Source: an uncultured Eudoraea sp.
GTDB taxonomy: Bacteria > Bacteroidota > Bacteroidia > Flavobacteriales > Flavobacteriaceae
Direction: 5' to 3'
DNA: 36,870 nucleotides
NCBI GenBank assembly: GCA_965365215.1
Contig: CBDUAW010000001.1
Coordinates: 1-36,870, forward strand
Shown: one piece after another, positions 8,263 through 16,202 of the stretch
Layout: every line of letters begins with the position of its first letter
How positions within the stretch are numbered: position 1 is the first letter of the stretch
Notes under the pieces: generated by a model
Database searches by the model: none
What the model was told of the DNA's origin: nothing
The model's input: only the letters and a program-made list of their open reading frames with translations
Position numbers and translations under genes: made by a program

Positions 8263-11200
8263 ATGAGGTTTGCAGAATATAATGGGCTCAACTTACCCCA
8301 ACTCGGGGAGGAGATTCTTGCATATTGGAAAGAGCATGATATTTTTGAGAAGAGCATCACTTCAAGGCAAGGACATGATCACTATGTATTTTACGAGGGC
8401 CCGCCATCTGCAAATGGTATGCCTGGTATACATCATGTGATTTCGAGAACGATCAAGGATATTTTCCCCAGATACAAGACCATGAAGGGTTTCCAAGTGA
8501 AGCGAAAAGCAGGATGGGACACCCATGGACTTCCTGTGGAATTAGGAGTGGAGAAGGAGATGGGTATCACTAAGGAAGACATAGGGAAGAAGGTCTCCAT
8601 AGAAGCGTATAATGAGGCTTGTAAAAAGGCCGTCATGCGCTATACGGATGTTTGGAATGACATGACCGAGAAAATTGGGTACTGGGTAGATATGGAAGAT
8701 CCGTACATCACCTACAAATCCAAGTATATGGAAACCGTATGGTGGCTTCTTAAGAATATCTATGACAAAGGGCTTCTGTATAAAGGGTATACCATTCAGC
8801 CTTATTCGCCCAAGGCAGGAACAGGCTTAAGTTCTCATGAATTAAATCAGCCCGGCACCTATCAGGATATAACAGATACCACAGTCACGGCGCAGTTTAA
8901 AGCAAGAAAGGATTCCCTGCCGCCATTTCTCTCAAAATATGAACAGGAGATATATTTCCTAGCCTGGACCACAACCCCCTGGACCCTGCCCTCCAATACC
9001 GCACTTACAGTAGGGGACAATATTGAATATTGCCTTATTAAGACATATAATCAATACACCTATGAACCTGTATTGGTGATTTTAGCCAAAAACCTGGTGA
9101 ACGATCAGTTTACGGGGAGATTTGCAGAAGCAGAAAACCGGGATGCCATTGAGAATTATCGGGCAGAAGATAAAAAAATCCCATACCTTATCTTGGACAC
9201 ATTTAAGGGGAAGGAACTGGTAGGGATCCGCTATGAGCAACTCCTTCAATATGCTCTACCTTATAAGAATCCGGAAAATGCCTTTAGGATAATAAGCGGA
9301 GATTTTGTTACCACAGAAGACGGGACAGGAATAGTACATACTGCTCCTACCTTTGGTGCGGATGATATGATGGTAGCCCAGAAAGCTGAGCCACCGGTGC
9401 CACCTTTACTAGTGCTTGATGAAAATGACAACCCCGTTCCCCTGGTAGATCTTCAGGGTAAGTTCAGACCGGAATTGGGAGCGTTTGGAGGAAAGTACGT
9501 AAAGAATGAATACTACGATGATGGGGAAGCCCCGGAACGATCTGTGGATGTTGAGCTGGCAATTAAATTAAAAGAAGAGAATAAGGCCTTTAAAGTTGAA
9601 AAATACAAACACCCTTATCCAAACTGCTGGCGTACGGATAAACCTATTTTATACTATCCTTTGGATTCCTGGTTCATAAAGGTCACAGAGGTACGAGACA
9701 GGATGTATGCCCTAAATCAGACCATAAACTGGAAACCAAAAGCCACAGGGGAAGGCCGCTTTGGCAACTGGCTGGCGAATGCGAACGACTGGAACTTATC
9801 GCGTTCCAGATACTGGGGGATACCACTGCCTATTTGGCGTACCGAGGATGGGAAAGAAGCACTCTGTATAGGGTCTGTTGCTGAATTGAAGGACGAAATG
9901 GCCAAGGCTGTTAACGCAGGGGTTTTGGAGAAGGATGTATTTGCCAATTTTGTGGTGGGTGATATGAGCGAGGAAAACTATCAGCAGGTAGATCTGCATA
10001 AGAATATTGTTGATAAAATCACCTTGATTTCCCCATCTGGGAAACCGATGAAAAGGGAATTGGACCTTATTGATGTCTGGTTCGATAGTGGCTCTATGCC
10101 CTATGCCCAGTGGCATTACCCTTTTGAGAATAAAGAATTGATCGATTCATCTGAATCCTTCCCAGCTGACTTTATCGCGGAAGGAGTAGATCAGACAAGG
10201 GGCTGGTTTTATACCTTACATGCCATAGCCACTATGGTTTTCGACTCTGTAGCATATAAAAATGTTGTTTCTAACGGACTCGTGCTCGATAAGGATGGCA
10301 AGAAAATGTCTAAACGCCTTGGCAATGCCGTTGACCCCTTTCAAACAGTTGAGGAGTACGGTCCTGATGCTACAAGATGGTACCTCATTTCCAATGCGAA
10401 CCCATGGGATAATCTCAAGTTCGATGAGGAGGGCATCAAGGAAGTAAAACGCAAATTTTTCGGCACACTTTATAATACCTATGCATTTTTTGCCCTGTAT
10501 GCCAATATAGACAACTTTACTTATTCGGAAGAAGAAATAGCGTTGCAATCGAGGCCCGAGATTGATCAATGGATATTGTCGGCACTACATTCTCTGATTG
10601 TAAAAGTAGAAAGCGCTTATGAAGATTATGAACCTACAAAAGCGGCAAGGGCTATTGCTGATTTTGTTCAGGAAAACTTGAGTAATTGGTATGTGCGACT
10701 TAGCAGAAGGCGGTTCTGGAAAGGCGATTACCAGGAGGATAAAATTTCTGCCTACCAAACCCTGTACACCTGTCTGGAAACCATTGCAAAGTTGGCCGCC
10801 CCTATTGCCCCTTTCTTTATGGATCGTCTGTATTTGGATCTGAATAAGGCAACAGGAAAAGAAACATATGAAAGTGTGCACCTGGCACAGTTCCCCAAAT
10901 CGGATCCCAAAATGGTAAATAAGGCCTTGGAAAGCAAAATGGACAAGGCACAAACTATTTCTTCTCTGGTACTTTCTATACGGCAAAAGGAGAAGATTAA
11001 GGTTAGACAACCCTTACACAAAATAATGATCCCAGTCCTGGACGAGGCGCAAAGAAAAGAGATAGAAGCCGTTTCTGACCTAATAAAAACGGAGGTAAAC
11101 GTCAAGGAAATTATGTTGTTAGATGATGCATCCGGAATTCTTGTAAAGAAAATTAAACCCAACTATAAGCTATTGGGCCCGAGGTTTGGAAAAGATATGA

Positions 11201-11664
11201 AACGAATTGGCCAGGCCGTTTCCAGTTTTGGACAAGACGATATTCGTGAGATAGAAAGGGAAGGCAAGATAACGCTTGACTTAGATAATAAAAATATTAT
11301 ATTACAGTTAGAGGATGTAGAGATTTCCTCTCAGGACATCGAAGGATGGCTAGTTGCCAGTGCCGGAGCCCTTACAGTTGCTTTGGATATCAATATTACT
11401 GATGATCTGAAAAAAGAAGGTGTGGCCAGGGAATTGGTAAACCGAATACAAAATTTAAGAAAAGAATCAGGATTTGAAGTCACAGATAAAATAGATATAA
11501 AAATACAGAAAGACGGTTATGTGGAAAATGCAGTTTCCAGTAATATGAATTACATTAAAAATGAAACCTTAACTGCGGAATTGGAATTTGAAGAGGAACT
11601 CGAAGAAGGTACTGCCATTACCTTTGACGATGTGAATACGAAATTGTTTATTAAAAAGCATTAA
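8263..11664 (+). CDS. ileS: Isoleucine--tRNA ligase (type 2, eukaryote/archaea-like)
   Basis: EGPPSANG, GWDTHGLPVE, WTTTPWTLPSN, GTGIVHTAP, SRSRYWG, EGVDQTRGWFY, KMSKR; type-2 C-terminus (EGVARELVNRIQNLRK) with no zinc finger. Confidence 0.98.
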   Translation: MRFAEYNGLNLPQLGEEILAYWKEHDIFEKSITSRQGHDHYVFYEGPPSANGMPGIHHVISRTIKDIFPRYKTMKGFQVKRKAGWDTHGLPVELGVEKEMGITKEDIGKKVSIEAYNEACKKAVMRYTDVWNDMTEKIGYWVDMEDPYITYKSKYMETVWWLLKNIYDKGLLYKGYTIQPYSPKAGTGLSSHELNQPGTYQDITDTTVTAQFKARKDSLPPFLSKYEQEIYFLAWTTTPWTLPSNTALTVGDNIEYCLIKTYNQYTYEPVLVILAKNLVNDQFTGRFAEAENRDAIENYRAEDKKIPYLILDTFKGKELVGIRYEQLLQYALPYKNPENAFRIISGDFVTTEDGTGIVHTAPTFGADDMMVAQKAEPPVPPLLVLDENDNPVPLVDLQGKFRPELGAFGGKYVKNEYYDDGEAPERSVDVELAIKLKEENKAFKVEKYKHPYPNCWRTDKPILYYPLDSWFIKVTEVRDRMYALNQTINWKPKATGEGRFGNWLANANDWNLSRSRYWGIPLPIWRTEDGKEALCIGSVAELKDEMAKAVNAGVLEKDVFANFVVGDMSEENYQQVDLHKNIVDKITLISPSGKPMKRELDLIDVWFDSGSMPYAQWHYPFENKELIDSSESFPADFIAEGVDQTRGWFYTLHAIATMVFDSVAYKNVVSNGLVLDKDGKKMSKRLGNAVDPFQTVEEYGPDATRWYLISNANPWDNLKFDEEGIKEVKRKFFGTLYNTYAFFALYANIDNFTYSEEEIALQSRPEIDQWILSALHSLIVKVESAYEDYEPTKAARAIADFVQENLSNWYVRLSRRRFWKGDYQEDKISAYQTLYTCLETIAKLAAPIAPFFMDRLYLDLNKATGKETYESVHLAQFPKSDPKMVNKALESKMDKAQTISSLVLSIRQKEKIKVRQPLHKIMIPVLDEAQRKEIEAVSDLIKTEVNVKEIMLLDDASGILVKKIKPNYKLLGPRFGKDMKRIGQAVSSFGQDDIREIEREGKITLDLDNKNIILQLEDVEISSQDIEGWLVASAGALTVALDINITDDLKKEGVARELVNRIQNLRKESGFEVTDKIDIKIQKDGYVENAVSSNMNYIKNETLTAELEFEEELEEGTAITFDDVNTKLFIKKH

Positions 11665-11666
11665 AA

Positions 11667-12050
11667 ATGGGAGAAGATACAAAAGTCAGATACTCTGACA
11701 AGGAACTTGAGGAATTCAGAGAACTCATAGAAGAAAAGATAGAAAAGGCCAAAGGTCATCTGCAGCTGCTTAAAAGCTCATATATGAACGACGGGAATAA
11801 TGGTACCGATGACACGGCACCTACCTTTAAGGCGTTTGAAGAAGGGTCAGAAACCATGAGCAAAGAGGCAAATACACAATTGGCCATAAGACAGGAAAAG
11901 TTTATCAGGGATTTAAAGAATGCCCTTTTAAGAATAGAGAACAAAACCTACGGAATTTGCAGGGTTACAGGGAAACTGATCAATAAGGAACGACTCCGTC
12001 TGGTTCCCCACGCTACATTGAGCATAGAAGCAAAAAACATGCAGAAGTAG
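11667..12050 (+). CDS. TraR/DksA family transcription regulator
   Basis: Coiled coil plus ALLRIENKTYGIC...ERL..VPHA; position after ileS is typical of Bacteroidota. Confidence 0.9.
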   Translation: MGEDTKVRYSDKELEEFRELIEEKIEKAKGHLQLLKSSYMNDGNNGTDDTAPTFKAFEEGSETMSKEANTQLAIRQEKFIRDLKNALLRIENKTYGICRVTGKLINKERLRLVPHATLSIEAKNMQK

Positions 12051-12078
12051 CCTGGCCCTGGTGATCAGAATATTCCAA

Positions 12079-12702
12079 ATGTGCAAAAAGCCGTATTTAT
12101 TGGCTTTCTTGATTGCTTTTAATGTGCTTAATGCACAGAAAGTAATCAAAAAGGAGCTGACAGGAAATCGTTTTCAATTTATCCAGATAGATACCAAAAA
12201 CTGTTTTCAAGCTGAGATAGTAACCACTCCGGGAAAAACTATTGAAGTGGAAGCCAGGATCGAGGGGGAGTATTCAAACGAGTTGGTAATACGCATTGAA
12301 GAAGAGGGGGACAATATTGCGATTGGTGCTGAATTTCAACCCTCTTTCCAGGACCCCAATGACAAGCTCAGCGCTCATAAGGTAGTTTCAATTGATCTAA
12401 AAGTTAAGATTCCCAGTTCAACAGATGTACAGGTTTATGGAACAAGTTGTGATGTGGCCCTCAAGGGCTCCTTCCACAATTTGGAAGTTGTACTGAATGA
12501 CGGGAATTGTACATTAAACCAGGTTCGGGAAAATGTCCTGGTAACGACACAAAGCGGAAACATCCAGTTAAATAGTTTACAAGGACAAATAAAGGCAGTA
12601 ACCAGGTATGGTGAAATTTATCGCGATGCTATCCCTAAGGGAAGTAATCTGTATGACTTAAAGACCATATCTGGCAATATAAATTTGATCCATACGAAAT
12701 GA
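12079..12702 (+). CDS. Secreted DUF4097/adhesin-like beta-repeat protein
   Basis: Signal peptide from ATG 12079 (..VLNA-QK); C-terminal repeats of the T-x-S-G-N-I type. The track start GTG 12061 is less likely. Confidence 0.65.
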   Translation: MCKKPYLLAFLIAFNVLNAQKVIKKELTGNRFQFIQIDTKNCFQAEIVTTPGKTIEVEARIEGEYSNELVIRIEEEGDNIAIGAEFQPSFQDPNDKLSAHKVVSIDLKVKIPSSTDVQVYGTSCDVALKGSFHNLEVVLNDGNCTLNQVRENVLVTTQSGNIQLNSLQGQIKAVTRYGEIYRDAIPKGSNLYDLKTISGNINLIHTK

Positions 12703-12766
12703 ATAGGAATATTATAGGGGACCAACAACGATTCCCCTTACCTTCTGCTTATTATGGAATATTACC

Positions 12767-12774
12767 TATTTTTG
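12767..12774 (+). promoter_or_regulatory. Bacteroidota sigma70 -7 box (TATTTTTG) for lspA
   Basis: Exact TAnnTTTG match 19 nt upstream of ATG 12794. Confidence 0.55.
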
Positions 12775-12793
12775 GCCAACCTATAACGATTAT

Positions 12794-13414
12794 ATGCCTT
12801 TAAGAAATTCCCTCTTGCTCATTACGGCTATTTTACTGATAGATCAGATCAGCAAGATATATATTAAAACACATTTTGTTCTGGGTGAGTCTATTGAAGT
12901 ATTCAGCTGGTTCAAAATTCTCTTTATTGAAAATGAAGGGGCTGCCTGGGGTACTAAACTAAGTGATCTGTTGCCGGTTTCTGATAAAACAGGGAAGTTA
13001 ATTTTGACGATCTTCCGCTTGTTTGCCATTGGGGGGATAGGGTATTGGCTTTACGATATCATCTCTAAGAGATCTCCTAGAATCCTGGTCCTGGCGGTAT
13101 CCTTAATTTTTGCCGGAGCCCTTGGCAATATAATAGACAGTGTTTTTTACGGGATGATCTTTAACGATAGCTATAATCAGACCGCAGAGTTATTTTCGGG
13201 TAACCCCTATGGGAGTATTTTTTATGGGAAGGTGGTAGACATGCTGTATTTTCCATTAATAGACGCCACCTGGCCAGATTGGGTTCCCTACGTTGGGGGA
13301 AATCCGTTTAAATTCTTTGAACCCGTTTTTAATATTGCAGATACCGCTATCAGTACTGGGGTAGGGATCCTTATTGTCTTCAATAAGAAGGCTTTCGCCA
13401 AGGAAACGTCTTAG
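12794..13414 (+). CDS. lspA: Lipoprotein signal peptidase II
   Basis: DQISK, NEGAAWG, GALGNIID, GKVVDM, VFNIAD catalytic motifs. Confidence 0.96.
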   Translation: MPLRNSLLLITAILLIDQISKIYIKTHFVLGESIEVFSWFKILFIENEGAAWGTKLSDLLPVSDKTGKLILTIFRLFAIGGIGYWLYDIISKRSPRILVLAVSLIFAGALGNIIDSVFYGMIFNDSYNQTAELFSGNPYGSIFYGKVVDMLYFPLIDATWPDWVPYVGGNPFKFFEPVFNIADTAISTGVGILIVFNKKAFAKETS

Positions 13415-13971
13415 AACTTATAGGTTTTATCTGGAGTGAGACAATAGTCCATTGGGATATCGTGAGCCTCCTTGTCTGTGATCTCTGATTCTGCATCGAA
13501 CAAAGACAAACCTATTTTAACCGTTTGCGGCGAGCATTTCCTCAGAAAATTATCGTAAAAACCTTTACCATATCCAACTCGGTAACCCGCCTCACAAAAG
13601 GCCAGTAAGGGAAGAAAAACCACTTCTATCTTATTTTCTGGCACTTCTATTCCATCTTTAGGTTCAGGAATGTTCCATTTGCTTTTTTGAAACTCAAGAT
13701 TATCGGTCAGCAGATAATGTGCCAAAGAATGATCACCGGAAACCTTCGGGATAACTATGTTTTTGTCTCTTCCCTGCAGGATGGACAATAGATAACTGGT
13801 ATCTATTTCTTTTTTTTCCGGGATTTGAAGGAAAATATGGAAATAATCATATTGCCATACAGGTAGTTCGAGACTTCTGTTGGCTATAGCAAGACTGCTT
13901 TGTAGTAATCTATCAGGAGAAATAAGAGATCTGAGCTTTTTATATTTAGCTCTTAACTCCTTCTTCAGCAT
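13411..13971 (-). CDS. 5-formyltetrahydrofolate cyclo-ligase
   Basis: KKELR N-terminus, EIDT, IPEP, PLLAF...GYRVGYGKGFYD, HDIPMD. Confidence 0.95.
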   Translation of the reverse strand: MLKKELRAKYKKLRSLISPDRLLQSSLAIANRSLELPVWQYDYFHIFLQIPEKKEIDTSYLLSILQGRDKNIVIPKVSGDHSLAHYLLTDNLEFQKSKWNIPEPKDGIEVPENKIEVVFLPLLAFCEAGYRVGYGKGFYDNFLRKCSPQTVKIGLSLFDAESEITDKEAHDIPMDYCLTPDKTYKF

Positions 13972-14008
13972 AGCTGTAGCGGTTACTTTTTTAGGGGAAC
14001 TATTTGTA

Positions 14009-14016
14009 CAAAATTA
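14009..14016 (-). promoter_or_regulatory. Bacteroidota sigma70 -7 box (TAATTTTG) for the cyclo-ligase gene
   Basis: Exact TAnnTTTG match on the minus strand, 37 nt upstream of ATG 13971. Confidence 0.55.
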
Positions 14017-14100
14017 ATCTTTGGCGGCAACCGCAAAGTAAATTTTGAAAAATAGCATCAGTATAACGTACATCCCAATTGTGATAAGATAGTTGTCCAT
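14014..14100 (-). CDS. Candidate 28-aa single-pass membrane microprotein (MDNYLITIGMYVILMLFFKIYFAVAAKD)
   Basis: Translated by hand; ATG to TAA, one long hydrophobic helix with charged ends, AT-rich upstream region with a TATATTTA -7-like box. Confidence 0.5.
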   Translation of the reverse strand: MDNYLITIGMYVILMLFFKIYFAVAAKD

Positions 14101-14414
14101 GTAATGCTAATCTTTAATGTTCTAAATATATAAATAAAAATAAATTACATCCTATTAAATGCAACTTTTTATCGATGAAATACACTCTTTTTAAAAAAAA
14201 TTTAACTTTTTGATATCTCATCCCCTTCGCTGAAGGTGTTGAATGAAGTGAGGATTATAAATATGAATATGAAAGATCCCGGTCAGAGTAAAATGCTAAA
14301 AATGAATTGTAAGAATAATTCTTATAGGAGAGCATATAATTTCTTTCCTCCTCTTTACCAATAAATGGAATTACCGTTACCTTTATGGTAACCTTTTGAT
14401 GTGAAGGTTTATAT

Positions 14415-16202
14415 ATGTCTGAAATTGCTATTGAAATACAACTGAGTACCCTTCCCAATGATCCCGGTGTTTATCAATTTTATGATGCTGAGGGAAAAAT
14501 CCTTTATGTTGGCAAAGCCAAGAATTTGAAAAAAAGGGTTGCCAGCTACTTTACTAAAACTCATGAATACGGGAAAACCAGGATCATGGTTCGGAAGATC
14601 CGGACCATAGATCATATTGTGGTGCCTACGGAATCGGACGCTCTGCTGCTCGAAAACAATCTTATCAAAAAGTATCAACCGCGTTACAATGTATTACTGA
14701 AAGATGACAAATCATATCCCTGGATATGTATTAAAAATGAGCGCTTTCCCAGGATTTTTCCAACACGGAGACTAATAAAGGACGGATCCGAATACTTTGG
14801 TCCGTATACCAGTATGAAGACCGTTAAAACACTTCTGGACCTTATCAGAAGTGTGTATCCTTTGAGAACCTGTAATTATGACTTGTCAAGCGAGAAGATC
14901 GCGGCGGGCAAGTATAAACTTTGTCTTGAGTATCACCTTGGTAATTGTAAAGGGCCCTGTGTAGGCTTGCAGGAAGCTGAAGAATACCATCAGCAAATTG
15001 ATGATATACGGCAGATTGTAAAAGGAAATTTTAAATCGTCCCTTCAATATTTCAAAAAACAAATGAAGACCCTGGCATCAGAAATGAAGTTTGAAGAAGC
15101 CCAGCAGATAAAAGATAAAATTGAGATTCTGGAAAACTATCAGGTGAAATCCACCATTGTAAATCCTAAAATCAACAATGTAGATGTCTTTAGCATTATT
15201 TCGGACCCAAGTTATGCCTATGTCAATTTCCTTCAGCTCTCCCATGGTTCAATTATCAGGTCGCATACCATGGAGATCAAAAAGAAACTCGACGAATCTG
15301 ACGAGGAATTACTGGGTCTGGCCATCGTGGAGATCAGACAAAGATTTCATTCTCAATCAAGAGAACTATATCTTCCCTTTGCCATTAACTTACCGGAAGA
15401 TTTGAAAATAACCATTCCCAAGTTGGGGGATAAAAAGAAAATCCTGGACTTATCAGAGCGAAACGCCAAATTCTTCAGACAGGAACGTTTTAAACAGGTG
15501 CGAATTACAGACCCCGACCGACATACGAACCGCATAATGGCACAAATGAAAAAGGATCTCCGGCTTTCAGAGGAACCCAGGCATATTGAATGCTTTGACA
15601 ACTCAAATATCCAGGGGAGCAATCCAGTAGCCGCCTGTGTCGTATTCAGAAATGGGAAACCGGCCAAGAAGGAATATCGCAAGTATAATATTAAAACGGT
15701 TGAGGGTCCTGATGATTTTGCCTCAATGGAAGAAGTGGTATTCAGGAGGTACAAAAGGTTGTTGAACGAAGGGGAGGCATTGCCACAACTTATCGTGATA
15801 GATGGGGGCAAAGGCCAGCTTTCATCGGCATTGAAAAGTTTGGATATTTTAGGTCTGAGGGGAAAGATCGCTATTATCGGGATCGCAAAAAGACTGGAAG
15901 AGATCTATTATCCGGAAGACCCTATTCCTTTATATTTGGATAAGAAATCTGAAACCCTGAAAATTATTCAACAACTGAGGAACGAAGCACACCGGTTTGG
16001 AATAACGTTTCACAGAAATAAACGAAGTAAAGCGGCAATTGATTCTGAATTAGAGAATATTAACGGGATAGGAGGGAAAACAGCAGAAGAACTGCTGAAG
16101 ACCTTTAAATCTGTGAAGCGAATTAAAGAGGCTTCTATTGAAGATTTATCCAAAGCCATCGGAATGGCCAAAGCCAAAAAGATCTATGAAAACTTCCATT
16201 AA
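14415..16202 (+). CDS. uvrC: Excinuclease ABC subunit C
   Basis: GIY-YIG domain (PGVYQF..LYVGKAKNLKKRV), Cys-rich region, UVR coil, ECFDNSN, DGGKGQL, RNEAHRFG, HhH (GIG). Confidence 0.98.
   Translation: MSEIAIEIQLSTLPNDPGVYQFYDAEGKILYVGKAKNLKKRVASYFTKTHEYGKTRIMVRKIRTIDHIVVPTESDALLLENNLIKKYQPRYNVLLKDDKSYPWICIKNERFPRIFPTRRLIKDGSEYFGPYTSMKTVKTLLDLIRSVYPLRTCNYDLSSEKIAAGKYKLCLEYHLGNCKGPCVGLQEAEEYHQQIDDIRQIVKGNFKSSLQYFKKQMKTLASEMKFEEAQQIKDKIEILENYQVKSTIVNPKINNVDVFSIISDPSYAYVNFLQLSHGSIIRSHTMEIKKKLDESDEELLGLAIVEIRQRFHSQSRELYLPFAINLPEDLKITIPKLGDKKKILDLSERNAKFFRQERFKQVRITDPDRHTNRIMAQMKKDLRLSEEPRHIECFDNSNIQGSNPVAACVVFRNGKPAKKEYRKYNIKTVEGPDDFASMEEVVFRRYKRLLNEGEALPQLIVIDGGKGQLSSALKSLDILGLRGKIAIIGIAKRLEEIYYPEDPIPLYLDKKSETLKIIQQLRNEAHRFGITFHRNKRSKAAIDSELENINGIGGKTAEELLKTFKSVKRIKEASIEDLSKAIGMAKAKKIYENFH

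Noticed and set aside
14255-14458. 67-aa minus ORF and 21-aa plus ORF (14263-14328) upstream of uvrC
   Set aside because: The first overlaps the uvrC start in antisense; neither has protein-like features or a clear promoter.
16138-16185. TTG-started N-terminal extension of the patatin gene
   Set aside because: Deep overlap with uvrC; the signal peptide begins at ATG 16186.
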